DNA from: Azolla caroliniana
Taxonomy: Eukaryota; Plantae; Polypodiophyta
Direction: 5' to 3'
Assembly: GCA_043228905.1 (NCBI GenBank)
Contig: JBHGNT010000003.1
Location: forward strand, 17,794,001-17,858,000
DNA: 64,000 bases
A model generated the notes under the pieces. That model made no database searches. It saw nothing but the letters and a program-made list of their open reading frames with translations, and was not told the origin of the DNA. Positions 50,301 through 64,000 of the stretch are shown in pieces. The number at the start of each line of letters is the position of its first letter. Position 1 is the stretch's first letter. The translations under genes were made by a program, and so were the position numbers.

Positions 50301-53300
50301 AGGAAATCTTATAGTGGCCCAAGCACAGAAAGAAGGCACATTGTATACGATGCGTGCCCGACTGTGCAAATCGGAAGTAAATGTGGCAGCCGACTTGGTA
50401 GGTGAGATATGGCATAAGAGGCTAGGCCACATGGGTGAGAAGGGAATACACTTGTTAGCTGACCAAGAACTTCTACCAGAAGTCAAGGGAGTGCACCTCG
50501 AGAAGTGTGTCGACTGCTTAGCCGGAAAGCAGAACAGGGCGGTGTTCCACTCAAGACCACCGAGAAGAAGAGAAGCTGCACTGCAACTAGTGCACACGGA
50601 TGTGTGCTATGTGGATGGTCCATCGCATTGAGGAGGACAATACTTTGTAACGTTTATTGACGACCATAGTCGGAAGACATGGGCCTTCGTACTGAAGATG
50701 AAGGATCAAGTACTGTCGTTTTTGAAGGAGTTCCAGGCAAGAGCTAAAAGAGAGTCGGGTCGGAAACTAAAGGTTGTCTGAACCGATAACGATGGCGAGT
50801 ACAAAGGGAAGTTCGAGGAATACTGCAAGTGCCAAGGTATTCGGATCGAATACACAATGCCAAAGACCCCATAGTTGAACGGGCTTGTAGAGAGGATGAA
50901 TTGAATCATCATGGAGAGAGTAAGGAGCATGCTCTCTCATGCGAAACTGCCAAAATCCTATTGGGTTGAGGCAATGTACAGAGTTGTTTATCAGATCAAC
51001 AGGTCTCCCTTAGTTCCATTAAAGGGTGATGTCCCACAAAGGGTGTGGACAGGGAAGGATGTCTCCTACCAACTCTTGAGGGTGTTCGGATGTTTGGCGT
51101 ATATGCATGTACCAAAGGATCAAAGGTCAAAGCTCGACAGCAAGTCGAAAGCATGCATATTCATGGGATACTCGGAAGATGAGTTCAGCTACAGGTTGTG
51201 GGACTTAGTCGACAAGAAGGTAGTGAGAAGTCGGGATGTAGTCCTTCTAGAAGAGAAGACAATTGAAGACTAGAAGCAACAGAAGTCGGAACCGACTCCC
51301 CAGTCAACCTCGACTACCATCGACTTAAGGCCAAGTGAGTCGTCACCGACAACTATAAGGAGACAACTGTCCAACAGAGCCGAATCCAAGTCGGTCAACT
51401 AGGAAAGACCGACAGACTATGAGTCAGAGTTGGCAGACCTGCTAAAATCAATTGAGGAATAGGAGTTGGAGCTGTCCAACCTGGAGATGCCAATTGATGA
51501 GCAGAATCCCGAGCAAAGAGAAGAGTTGCCAAAGACATCCAAAATAGAGCCAACAACGAGTGGAAGAAGATACCCACTCAGAGAAAGGAAGGTACCGACT
51601 ACATATGCTAGTCAATACATCCTCTTCACTGATGACGGTGAACCGGAGTGCTATAAAGAAGCCACTGCCGACGAGAGCAGAGAAAAATGGCTGAACGCAA
51701 TGCAAGAGGAGATGGAATCCTTGCACACGAATTACACCTACAACCTAGTAGAGCTGCCGAAAGGTAAGAGAGCACTCAGGAATAAATGGGTCTACAAGGT
51801 GAAGACTTGAGAAGTCGATAGCGAGCCCAGGTATAAAGCCCGCATAGTGGTGAAGGGTTTCCAACAGAGGAAGGGCATCGACCTTGACGAAATATTCGCA
51901 CCACTCGTGAAGATGACATCGATTCGAACTGTTCTGAGCATAGCGGCCAGCATGGATCTTGAGATCGAACAATTGGATGTCAAAACCGCATTTCTACACA
52001 AGGAGCTAGACGAAGAAATCTACATGCAGCAACTCGAAGGCTTTGAGGAGAAAGGGAAAGAGAATCTGGTGTGTCGACTGAAGAAAAGCTTGTACGGATT
52101 GAAACAAGCTCCACGCCAATGGTACAAGAAATTTGAGTCCCCTTCATGATGGAACATTGGTTCTAGAAAACACAGGTCGATCACTGTGTGTTCGTCAAAA
52201 GGTACGAGGAAGGAGATTTCTTGATTCTCTTGTTATACGTTGATGATATGTAGATAGTCGGTCAAGACACAAGGAAGATTGGAAGCTTGAAGAAAGCTCT
52301 TGGTAAATCATTTTCCATGAAAGACCTTGGACCGGCAAAGCAAATCCTAGGACTGCACATAACCCGAGATAAAGCTCGAAAGATGCTATGGTTGTCACAA
52401 CAGAAGTATGTGACGAAGATCCTAGAGAGGTTCAACATGTCGAATGCAAAGCCAGTCAACTCAGTGCTGCTGACAAATTGCAAACTAAATGCGAAGCAGT
52501 GTCCAAAAGGACAGGAGGAAAAGGCTGAGATGAAGAAGGTACCATATGCCTCAGCCGTCGGCAATCTAATGTATGCTATGGTCTGTACGAGACCGGACAT
52601 AGCATTTGTTGTAGGAGCAGTAAGCTGATATATGAGTAATCTAGGGAAAGAACACTAGGCAGCCGTGAAGTGGATACTCAAGTATTTAAAGGGCACCTCA
52701 GGTGTGTGCTTGAGGTATGGTGTTGGAAAACCTCTGTTGGAAGGTTTTACCAAATCGGACATGTTAGGAGATGTCGACTCAAGCCGATCTACCTCAGGGT
52801 ACGTGATGACCTAGGTAGGGGGAGCAGTGTCATGGCAGTCACAACTGCAGAAGTCTGTAGACTTGTCGACTACAGAGGCAAAGTATATGGCAGCGGTAAA
52901 AGCCGGAAAAGAGTTGATCTGGATGAGAAATTTTCTCACCAAATTAGGCATGAAACAAAAGGAGTTCTTGGTTCACTGTGACAGCCAAAGCGCCATACAC
53001 CTAGCCAAGAACGCGGCATACCACTCCTAGACCAAGCACATATAGAGAGTTGAAGATGGAGAGTTCACTCTTGAGAAGATCCATACTGACGACAATGGAT
53101 CTGATATGCTGACGAAGAACCTACCTTTGGACAGACTCAGAGTCTGTCGACAAAATACATGACTGACAGATTCCCTCCCATAGGAGTGAAGGGGGAGTTT
53201 GTTGGGAATATGTCCCTCCAGTGGGAGGAAAAGCCGACAGTCGATGACAGGGAAGATCAGACTGTTCATAAAGCTGACAGTCGAAGAGTCGAAAACAGTG

Positions 53301-54053
53301 AGTCGACTGTTTGAAGATTTGACTATTATTATTATAGTAATAATAATAATGATGATGTGTGGAAACAAGTCCCTCCAGATGGGAAAGAGAGAGGAGCTGA
53401 GTTGATGAGTGACTTGGCAGAGGCCGATAGGCCGAGGTTGAAACTGGAATCGTGTAAATAACCAACTCGAGAGACTATAATTGTAAATAGTCTAAGTGTG
53501 CGCCCCATGAGGACTACATATGTAAATAGCCAGAAAAGTTGTGTAAGTATATATGCAACTAGGGCAAAACAAAACTGTGTGACGAACAGAGTTAGAACTG
53601 CAGAAGTAGAACGACTGTCAGAGAGAGAGAGAGAGAAGTGAGAGCTACGCCATAGTTGTGTGTGTAACAACAGACACGAAGAGCCCTGTGCGACTGATAC
53701 ACTCGACGGAGTGTTGTAATCTTCTCTGTATTGTATATCCACTATATTATAGTGAGGAATCTGATCACCCGTGGTTTTTTTCCCCATTTTAAGGTTTCCA
53801 CATAAATCTCTGTGTATATTTCATCATCTTGTCTTTTTTGGCATTTTCTGTAATTCATATTTCAGCGCGTAGTTCGTTTATTGTGATCTATTCTGCATCG
53901 ATTTCTCACCAAGAAGTAGGTAGTTACACCACTTAACCACTCTCTCATCTTTGTACACATGCACACAAATGTGCATGTGTTCATACACATACCCATCCTT
54001 ACACTCATATACACATACACAACAATCACTCTATCGTCTTTCACCCTTATACC
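47340..54053. repeat. Direct duplication of a ~300-bp unit (47390-47675; 48288-48427 plus 53912-54053), second copy split by a Copia
   Basis: Shared ccccatg.gtggggtttatatatgtacaagag and acacatacacaacaa.cactctatcgtctttcacccttatacct. A diverged inverted relative lies at ~60940-61300. Confidence 0.7.
48428..53911 (+). mobile_element. Full-length degenerate Ty1/Copia
   Basis: LTRs 48428-49149 and 53200-~53911, iMet PBS tggtatcagagc (49153), PPT gaagggggag, and gag-PR-INT-RT-RH motifs with many stops. Confidence 0.95.
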
Positions 54054-55339
54054 TCGTCGTACATCTCCTACGGGTAACAATTGAGTCTTCATTGAAGACC
54101 ATGTCACTACTCCGGATCAATATCCGGTTCTTTGGATCCCATAACCTGTAGTCGAATTCCCCATCATTTCCATAACCGAGAAATATACACTTTGTGGAAT
54201 GCGATGTTAGCTTTGTCCTTTTCTGCATTGGAATAAATTCATAGGCTTCGCATCCGAATATACAAAGCCGATGATAGGTCGGTTGTCTTCCCGACCATAG
54301 TACCTGTGGCACCTAGAGCCAGATTGCTTTCAATGGTGATAGATTTATCAGGTATATTGCCATCTACAATGCTTCGGTCCAGAACTCTAGCTTTGCTCCT
54401 GCTTATTGGAGCATTGCCATCACACGTTCTTGTATGGTCTAGTTCATTCGTTTGGCTACACCGTTTTGCATAGGGGTGTAGGTAACAATCTTCTAATGTT
54501 GGGTTCCTTTTTCGGATAGGTACTTCTTGAAGGCTCTGGAGGTGTATTTACCATCGTAGTCCAACCAGAGTGTCTTCACTTTGTGGCCAAAACAGTTTCG
54601 GTTTCAGCTACCAATCGTGCAAAAACCTCAAGCACTTCGTGCTTGGACTTAATCGAGTAAGCCTAGACCTTCCGTATATAGTCATCAACAAAGGTGATGA
54701 AGTACCGCGAGCCACCAAGAGATCTCTTGGGCATCGGCCTACAGATATCGGTGTGGATCAACTCTAGGGGTTGGTACACCGTCTCATAGTGAATCATGTC
54801 TGGACTTTGGGTTTGTTTCCCATATTGACAGTGCTTGAAGAAGTTCGTCTTAGCTTGACAGAGTTTCAGAATGTAGCCGATTGTTAATAAATGGTCTAAT
54901 CCAGCTTGGGATGCCAGATGGCTGAGTCGTCCATGACATAATGAGGGAGTCGACAATTCGACTACATTGATGGAACCCTCCGATTGAACACATTTAGCGA
55001 GTACAAATTATTGTACTTGCTGCCATGAACAATTTTTAGATTTCCCTTTGTGATCGGCCATGAAGATTTGTTGAGTGTCGTCCTGTACCTAGCCTCGGCT
55101 AGCACGACGATGGAGAGCAGACTCCTTTTTAACTTGCGTATGTGCCAAACATGGTGCAGGATGATCATAGTGCCATTCGGCAATTGAATTGGGACCTAGT
55201 CGATTCTAGCAATTCCATATTCTTGCCCATTGCCGAGTCGAACTGTGTCGTCGGCTCCAGTCGAATAGCCTGTAAACCATTTGTTGGTGGGGCTTACATG
55301 GAACGTGGTGCTAGAATCCAATAACCACGATGTGCGTTG

Positions 55340-58300
55340 TGTTGGGAAACATGTCCCTCAGGATGGGAAGAGAAGTACCGTGTTGGTGAGTATCTCGGAC
55401 GAGACCGAAACCAAAATAAAAATAGAAAATTGAAATCGTTTCGGAAGACTACAATCGTAAATAGTCTAAAATGCCCCTTGTGGGCTATACTTGTAAATAG
55501 CCAGAAATTTGCTTTTGTTTATAAGCAATTTCCACGTAAAATATCGGTGTCTCTATGTCTTTGCGTTTTTATGTTTGCCTGCCAATTCTTGGTTTTTGTA
55601 CACGAATACGAATGTGTAACTAGTTGTGGCCGGTCGTTTCCTAAAAAAGAGGTATCATAGTGATGGAAGACTCGTTTGGTGGGATGTTTAAGCTAACCGG
55701 CTCCAACTACTCAATGTGGAAGTCGAAGATGAGAGACATGCTCGTGTGCAAAGACCTCTGGCTGCCGGTGCAGTTCGGAGATAAAGGACCAAACATGAGT
55801 CTATACAACAACTTTGGCGAAGAAACATAAGCAGACGTTCTATGGAAGAAGATCGATGTCATGTTCGGAAACAAAAACGTCGTGAACCGAGTCTCAGTAT
55901 TTCGAAAAATTGTGAAGCTCCGATATCATGATGGCTCTAGTATGGCAGAGCACATCAATGCCTTCCAAGGATTGATGAACCAAACTGCCTCTCTAGAAGT
56001 ACCTCTGGTGGACGAGGTATTAGCATTGTTGTTGCTGGGATCCCTTCCGGACAGTTGGGAAATGTTGGTTGTCACATTAGGCAATGCGGGACCGGAAGGG
56101 AAACACCTATCCCTAGAGCAGGTGAAGTCATGCTTGCTAAACGAAGAAGCTCGCCGGATAGACTGAGAGTCCAATACCGAGCAGAAGGCCTTAGTCACGG
56201 AAGGTGACACAATTCAGGGAATAAGCCGAAATCGAAGTTCCCAGAATCGAGATAAGTCAGGGACCAGTTCGAAGTCGAGGGGGGGACCCACGTGCTTCTA
56301 TTGTGGGAAGCCAGAAAAACTACCGACACTTTTGAAAGGAGAAAGGGGGAGATGATGGTGTAGAGCCGAAGAAAATCCTGGACAGGAAGAACAACTCAAA
56401 AATCGTTGCCAATGAGGAGGAGTTGTTGCTCATTAGTGAGCAAAATGAAATGCATCTCCCAAGCGAAGAATCGACATGGGTGGTCGATTCAGGTGAGTCG
56501 TTTCACCTAACCTCTGACCGAAAGTGCTTCTCATGCTATAGAGCCAGAGATCTTGGATCTGTAAAGATGGGAAATGAAGGAGCATGCCGAATCGTCAGTA
56601 TTGGAGATGTGTGTTTGGAAACCTCAACCGGGTGCAGACTCATGTTGAGAGATGTACGACACGTTCAGGAGGTTCGGTTGAACCTAATATCAACCGGTCG
56701 GCTAGATGATGAAGGCTACATAGGTAGCATCTAGAACAGTGTCCTGAAGTTCTGCCGAGGAAGCCTGATCGTGGTTCGAGCTCTGAAGACCAACACACTG
56801 TACATAATGAATGCTCGAATATGCCGAGGGGATGCAAATGTGGCAGCTGACACGGTCTGTGAGTTGTGGCATAGAAGGTTGTGCCATATGAGCTAGAAGG
56901 GGATGCGAAAGCTTGCCGAGGACAACCTCATTCTGGAGGTGAAGAACGTGCAATTTGAGAAGTGCATTGATTGCTTGGCCGAGAAGCAGAATCGAACATC
57001 CTTCCGAGCAAGGCCCCTGATGAGGAAGAAAATGTTGCTAAAACTCGTGCATACAGACATATGCTATGTGGACACGAAGTCTCATGGTGGTTCACAGTAT
57101 TTTGTGACCTTCATTGACGACTGTAGCTGGAAGTTGTGGGCTTCCGTGTTGAAGAAGAAGGATCAAGTGTTATCTATCTTCAAAAAGTTCCAAACGAGAG
57201 CCGAGAGAAAAACCGGCTGAAAACTAAAGGCAGTCCAAGCGGACAATGACAGAGAGTATCGTGGACCCTTTGAGGAATATTGCCGAAATCAAGGAAACTG
57301 GCTCCAGTATACCATCTCGAAGACACAAAAGCTTAATGGGTTGGCCGAGAGATTGAACTGGACCGTAATGGTAAGGGTCTGAAGCATGCTTGCACATGCT
57401 AAGTTACTAAAGACATTCTGGGCTAAGGCACTAATGACGGCGACGTATGTGATAAACCAATCACCCTTAGTACCCCTAGACAGTGATACCCACAAAGGGT
57501 GTGGAGCGGCAGAAACATTTCGTACCGACATCTAAGGGTCTTCGGCTGTCTTGCCTATGTGCATGTGGCAAAAGACCAAAGGGGAAAATTAGACCTAAAA
57601 TCTCGGGTAGGTATATTCCTCGTCTACGGTAATGATGAATTTGGCTATCGGCTATGGGACTTAGTTGAGAAGAAAGTGATTAGGAACCGCGACATTGTCT
57701 TCATGGAGGAAAAGACAATAGTCGACTGGGAGATTGAGAATAAATCTCCAACTACCAAATCAAACCGAGTCAACGCTCGATCGAATCGAGAAGAAGCTGA
57801 TTCGATCGAAATCGAACTCGAGCCAATCGGCCGATTCAATACTCAGCAAAATCGAGAACTGAAGATTCCCGAATGAAGAGCGTGTACTACTAACCGATGA
57901 GGGGGAGCCGGAAAGCTTTTGAAGAAGCTAAGGAAGATACCCACATCCAAAAGTGGTTGAGTGCCATGCAAGAGGAGATGGATTTCCTTCATAAGAACCA
58001 CACATATGAACTGACTGAACTGCCTAGAGGAAAGAAGGCACTTCAGAATAAATGGGTATACAAGTTAAAACCGTGAGATGGCGGGAAACCACGCAGGTAC
58101 AAAGAACGAATCATCGTGAAAGGATTGCAGCAGAAGAAGGGTGTCGATATCGATGAAATATTTGTTCTGATCGTAAAGATGATGTCAATCCAAACCATGC
58201 TGAGCATCGCGGCCAGCATGGATTTTGAAATCGAACAACTAGATGTCAAAACAATATTTCTGCATGGTGATCTCGAAGAGGAGGTCTATATGCACCAGCC

Positions 58301-58984
58301 GGAAGGATTTGTGGAGTAAGGTAAAGAGAACCTAGTATGCCGACTAAGGAAGAGCTTGTACGGGTTGAAGCAAGCACCTCAACAATGGTACCGAAAATTC
58401 GAATCCTTCATGACCGATAACGGGTACCACAAAATGCAGGCCGATCATTACGTATTTGTGAAGAAATTCGACGGAAGAGATTTCCTCATCCTCCTGTTGT
58501 ACGTGGACGATATGTTGATTGTCGGATGGGACCATACGAAGATATGTGTGCTGAAGAAGGCCTTAAGCAGATCATTCTCGATGAAGGATATGGGTTCGGC
58601 AAAGCAAATCCTGGGGATGCATGTTTTTCAGGATCCAACAAAGAAATTGTTGTGGTTGTCACAAGAAAAATACGTGACAAAGGTGCTAAAGAGATTTGGC
58701 ATGGAAGGCATAAAACCGGTTGGCTCGACACTGTCGACGAACTAAGCAGAGAACAATGTCTGAAATCGAGATCCGAGAAGGCCGAGATGTCAAATGTTCC
58801 CTACGCCTCCACAGTTGGAAGCCTGATGTATGCGATGGTATGTACCAAGCCGGACATAGGATACGCAATCGGCATGGTTAGCCGATACATGAGAAACCCT
58901 AGAAGAGAGCATTGGGCTACCGTGAAGTGGATACTTCGGTACCTAAAAGGCACCTCGAACGTGCGTCTTCGTTTCGGTTCAAGT
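55340..58984 (+). mobile_element. 3'-truncated degenerate Copia related to 48428-53911
   Basis: Shortened LTR beginning tgttgggaaacatgtccctc, degenerate PBS, and motifs LLGSLPDSWE, WVVDSG, VHTDIC and YVDDML. Confidence 0.9.
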
Positions 58985-59775
58985 TGTTGGAAACATCATC
59001 TTCTAATGCGGAACAAGATCAACACTCTTCTAGGATAAGATCGTAGGTTGATACAAGATCATAGCTTTGATGGCAACAAAGACAGAAAAGTAAAAGGTAA
59101 CACAACTTGTATGCAAGAGAGAGAGTCAGAGTCAAGTAGGCACAATGTCAATGAAGTTTATTACAACTCTTTACAAAAATGAGCGACCAACCCCATAACT
59201 GGGTTACAAAGTTAGTTTATATACTAACTAACTTAGGGCAACTGATGTTCTCACTATTTATATAAATAGCCTAAGTTTAGTGTGTTCAAAAGGAGACAAT
59301 GTGAATACGTCCATTAGAAACCCGTATTCAACACTCCCCCGTAATGGGCGTAGACATCCGAAATTTGTAATAGAAATGAGTATATAATACAGATTGATAC
59401 AAAGTTCCGAACAACCAAAGTTTGGTGTCCGAAGAGCATCCTGCGTGTCTGATTTAATCAAATTGATTCTTCATTACCCCCATGTGTTGCCTACAGGATC
59501 GAAATCGATCCACCGAAAGACACTTGGTTAATGCGTCCGCAACATTATCAATTGTTGACGCAGTCCCGAACGAAATGATATCGAACGTCGATATTCTTGG
59601 AGGCGTTGTGATGAACCGGATTTTTCGACAGAGCAACAACACCCTGACTGTCACTTTAAACGATTGGGGCCGAGCTGATTTCGGCTTGTCGAAATGTGTA
59701 GGCCAGCCGACCGAACCAGAAGGCCTCTTTTGGCGCATCGGACGCGGCTATGTATTTGGCCTTAGTCATTGATGT
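58985..59775 (-). mobile_element. 3' end of another Copia (RNase H remnant, PPT, 3' LTR 58985-59333)
   Basis: tgttgg...ttcaaca followed by ctccccc; DNVADALTK and KNPVHHNASKNIDVRYHF-like frames. Confidence 0.75.
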
Positions 59776-59789
59776 GGCAGTGCACTCCT

Positions 59790-60270
59790 GAAGTTTCGAT
59801 GTGAGAGACTTTTTTGAACCTTAAGCATGTATTCAACAACCCTTTCCATGGCCATAATCTCAGTGGGAAGTGATCCTATCTCAAGGAGGAGGGTGTAGGG
59901 TGTTTGTTTCTTAACTTGTAGAAACTTTGTAAGAAAATGTTTTTGGACATTTTCAAACTCTTTACACATAGATTTAAGGATGCTACCGCCCCATACTTCC
60001 ACCCCATAGAGAAGAACCGGTGTCATAAAAGTGTAGAAAATATATTTCTTAGAGGACCCAACACTTAAATATCTCCAAGATTGCATGTGTTCTCAAATGC
60101 ATAGTATGCTCGCTTACCCGCCTCTAAGCAGCGTGTAACACATTCATTCCATCTATGATTTGATGGAACTTGAAGGCCAAGATATTTGAATCTTTGCACA
60201 CATTCCAGTGGCTCATTGTTGTACATAATGCATGGTTTATCTCTTTTCTGGCTCTTCACAAGCATAATTT
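59790..60270 (-). mobile_element. Non-LTR retrotransposon (LINE) RT C-terminal fragment
   Basis: LECVQRFKYLGL and PVLLYGVEVWG..E.VQKHFL..LLEIG motifs. Confidence 0.75.
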
Positions 60271-61503
60271 GGAAGAGGAAGATACGACAAGAAATGACAG
60301 AGAAAAAAGAAGAAGAAGAAGAAGAAGAAACAGAGAAAGAAAGAGAAGATAAATAGAAGACTAAGAAGAAAATGAAACATCGACAACAGAAAGAAAAACA
60401 AGGAAGAAGAAGAGGAATAGAAACCGGCCGAACAGTAGAAAGAGAGAACAAGGAAGAAAACCAGAACAAACAAAAGAAGAAGGAAACAGATGCAGAAAAA
60501 GAGAAGGAATGACAAGAGAGGGGCATGTGAGAAAATTTCAATAATATGAGGACATAGCGCAAATTTTAAAGACTCAAGGGTATATAATAAAATTTCAAAA
60601 TCCGAAGGGCATCGTAAGAATTTCAAAAACATGAGGGCAGATCTTAAAATTTCAGAAAGTAAAGGAAATACACAACATTTCATAAACTCGAAACTGCTCA
60701 CATGAAATAAAGAAAAACACATACACATACACACAACATCATTGTAAGACCTAAAAGAGATACCAAAGTTTCTATGTTCATAGATGTGCCGACTGAACGA
60801 GAGGTTCGTGTCGTTGAAATATAAGTTTGTGTTATGTGTGTTCTAACTGACGCGATAGGAGAAGACCGAGGGAGTTTCGGTCGTAAGTTCTGGTCCAAGG
60901 ACCAATTTTTCATGTTTATTATGGGGCAACATGTGGGTTCACCCATGCAAGGCACTATTCCATGGGCTTGCCATATGTGTTATACATGGAATTGTAAGTG
61001 TATGAGTGTATAAGTGTGATGGTACATGGATAGATAAGTGTAAAGTATTGTATGAAAAGTATTGTTGTAAGTGTGTGCAAGTGTGCACAAAAGTGAGTGT
61101 GCGTATATTAATGTGTAAACACATGCACATTTATGTGAATGTGTACAAAAATGGAATAGAGTTGTAAAGTGGGTCTAGGTTGTTAGAAGGTTATGTAACT
61201 AACCTACAAGCCTCATCGGATGTTCTTGGATTGTGATTCCCATATCATGTACCTATATAACCCCACCCATGGGGCATGAATGAATAGAAGAATTTTTGCC
61301 TCTCAATAATTGTGTGTGTGTCTCTCTCTCTCTTCCCTTCACGCTCAACCCCTTGGGAGTGGGGTGGGGCCGTTCTTGGCTCCATCCCCCAACCACAAAC
61401 AGAGACGGCTAACACGCAGGGAGAAGGGCAAGAAAAAGATGTCGGAATACGACATTGAAGTGGGCCCATTGGATCAAGGTGAATCAGATGGAGCCATGTC
61501 TGA

Positions 61504-64000
61504 TGTGACGGGAACTCAACGCTCCTTATGCGCAACACTCGGCCACAACCGAGCTTAGAATCATACACAGAAAACGGGAAATAACGAACGACACGAAGAA
61601 GAGACGAGTACGCAAGATGTTTACGTGGAAAACCCAAGCTAAGGGAAAAACCATGGCAGCCCACAGGCTGCAAAACTATCACTATGTTAGAATGTACAGC
61701 AGTGAGTTCACGGAGGCAACGACCTCGTGCTCACGATCCTCGCCACAGGCGGCGGTTACAACAGAGTTTGTTCATTAGCACTTTTCTTCTTCCTTCCCAT
61801 CCGGAGGGACCTGTCTCCCAACAAACTCCCCCTTCACTCCGGCATGGGGTGTCTTACTAGTCCGATCCTCTTCCGGCATGCATCCAGCTTGTCGGGTATC
61901 AGCACTTTGGTCAGCATATCTGACCCGTTCTCGGTCGTGTGGATCTTCGTCAGTGTGAACTCCTGGTCATCTACTCTTTCCCGGATCCAGTGATATCTTC
62001 GTTGGATATGCTTCGTCCGAGAATGGTAGGCTGCATTCTTAGCAAGATGGATGACACTTTGACTGTCGCAATAAAGTCGGTATTCATCTTGCCGGATACC
62101 GAGCTCTCCGATGAGGTCCTTCATCCATAATATTTCCTTGACTGCTTCCACAACCGCCTTGTACTCCACCTCCATGGTTGACAATGCAACCGTCTTCTGC
62201 AGCCTCGACTACCATGAAACAACTCCCCCTGCATATGTCATTACATACCCGGATGTAGACCGGTTGGTATCCACATCAGCCGACATGTCAGAATCGGTGA
62301 AACCGTCAAGTTGAGGTTTTCCGGAGCCGAATCGGAGACACATATTTGAAGTGCCCTTCAAATACCGGAGTATCCATTTGACTGCGTTCCAGTGCTCCTT
62401 GCCGGGATTGCTCATGAACCAGCTCACCACTCCGACTGCGTATCCTATATCCGGTCGGGTACACACCATTGTGTACATCAAGCTCCCGACGGCAGAGGCA
62501 TATGGAATCTTCATCATATCCGCCTTCTCTGCTTTTGTCTTCGGGCTTTGCTTACCGGATAGCCTGCAGTTTGCCGGAAGTGTCGATCTGACCGGTTTCG
62601 CATCTGACATGTTGAACCGCTGAAGCACCTTTGTCACGTACTTCTCCTGTGACAACCATAATTGCTTCATTGACCGGTTCCGCATAATATGCATCCCAAG
62701 CATCTGTCTTGCCGGACCCAAGTCTTTCATTGAGAAGGTCCTATTGAGAGCCTTCTTCAGCATCCGTATTTTGGCTTGGTCCCGTCCGACGATCAACATG
62801 TCGTCCACGTACAAAAGGAGTATCAGGAAGTCGCCTCCTTCAAACTTCTTCACAAACACGCAGTGATCGACATGCGTCTTGTGGTACCCTTGATCGGTGA
62901 TGAAGGAATCGAACTTCCGGTACCATTGTCGGGGAGCCTGCTTTAGTCCGTACAGGCTCTTCTTCAGCTGGCATACCAGGTGCTCCTTCCCTTTCTCCAC
63001 AAATCCTTCCAATTGCCGCATGTAGATCTCCTCTTCGAGGTCACTGTGAAGGAATGTCGTCTTCACGTCCAGCTGCTCTACCTCGAGGTCCATGCTTGCC
63101 GCTATACTCAGCACCATCCGGATGGAGGTCATCTTTACTACCGGGGCAAATATCTCGTCAAATTCCATGCCCTTTTTCTGCTGGAACCCCTTCACAACGA
63201 TCCTGGCTTTGTATCTCGGGGGGTTGCCGGCATCTCCCGGTTTCAACTAGTACACCCACTTGTTTCGGAGTGCCCGCTTTCCTTTCGGCAACTCCACCAA
63301 TTCGTATGTATGGTTCTCATGCAGGGAATCCATCTCATCCTGCATGGCACTTAACCATTTGCGGCTGTGGGTGTCATCCTTCACTTCTTTGAAGCTTTCC
63401 GGCTCCCCCTCATCGGTCAGTGGAACATGCTCTACATCCGGAAATCTCGGGGGCTCCCTTCTCTCTCTGAGAGGATATCTCCGTCTTCAGGCTTCGGTAA
63501 CCGGCTCCTCCATTTGCTCTTCATCCGAATCCGATTCGTGGTCTTGGCTGGTTCCGGTTTCAGCTTCCTCTACTTCTTCTTCAGCCTGTTCGGTATCCTC
63601 ACCGTAACTGGCTGGTCCCTCGAGTGCTAACCGGTCTCTTGCCGGTTGGGTCTTTTCATCGTAGAGTCGATCCTTACCGGTCGACTCGGAGTTCATTATC
63701 TTCTTCTCTGACTCCCAATCGGCGAGCGTTTTGTCCTCCATGAAGATAATATCTCGACTCTGGAATACCTTGTTGTCGACCAGGTCCCACACTCGGTAGC
63801 CGAACTCATCGTCACCGTAACCGAGGAATATGCATGGTCGGTTCTTTGGATCTAATTTTCCTCTCTGGTCCTTAGCTACATGCACGTACGCGAGACACCT
63901 GAATACTCTCAGATGCCGGTGGGACACTTCCTTACCGGTCCAGACTCTCTGTGGTGTGTCTCTGTCCAAGGGTACTGAGGGTGATCTGTTTATCACATAT
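61504..64000 (-). mobile_element. Copia 3' half (INT C-terminus, RT, RH, PPT, 3' LTR ~61504-61823); continues beyond the window
   Basis: Motifs CIFLGYG, LYGLKQAPRQW, YVDDML and SDMLTK; PPT ctcccccttcactcc. Same lineage as 48428-53911. Confidence 0.93.

Larger units (their letters stand above)
41030..55335 (-). mobile_element. Old Copia pol relic in three pieces (55335-54060 PR/INT, 47340-46870 linker, 42413-41030 RT/RH)
   Basis: Motifs IHTDICRPM..YFITFVDD, KCIFLGYG, YVDDML and IPY.S.IGSLMY; the pieces are collinear once the insertions are removed. Confidence 0.75.

Noticed and set aside
60065-60734. Hydrophobic Phe/Ser/Leu-rich 'membrane protein' ORFs
   Set aside because: They translate a GA-rich low-complexity tract. 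Only the LINE RT part is supported.

Overview
Heavily nested plant transposable-element region with no conventional host gene; the element types suggest a bryophyte, which is an inference. The central feature is a 10.3-kb Sola-like DNA transposon (20771-31088, 36-bp TIRs, GGAA target duplication). It carries a DDD transposase on the + strand. Divergently on the - strand it carries a six-exon cargo gene that I reconstructed by hand as a ParB/Srx-like domain fused to a beta-class amino (N6-A/N4-C) DNA methyltransferase. The first intron of that gene holds nine 25-bp palindromes at 51-bp spacing. A non-autonomous relative (1-4363) has lost the genes but keeps the palindromes, the 51-bp spacing and the termini, and also has tRNA-like Pol III units. 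The Sola-like element sits inside an exon of a second cargo gene (RING plus FCP1-like) of an older putative DNA transposon. The rest is a degenerate Gypsy with an extra 3' ORF, two non-autonomous derivatives of that lineage, a tRNA-Trp-primed Gypsy derivative, six Copia copies or fragments, and a LINE fragment. All domain calls come from motifs read by eye, with no database searches.
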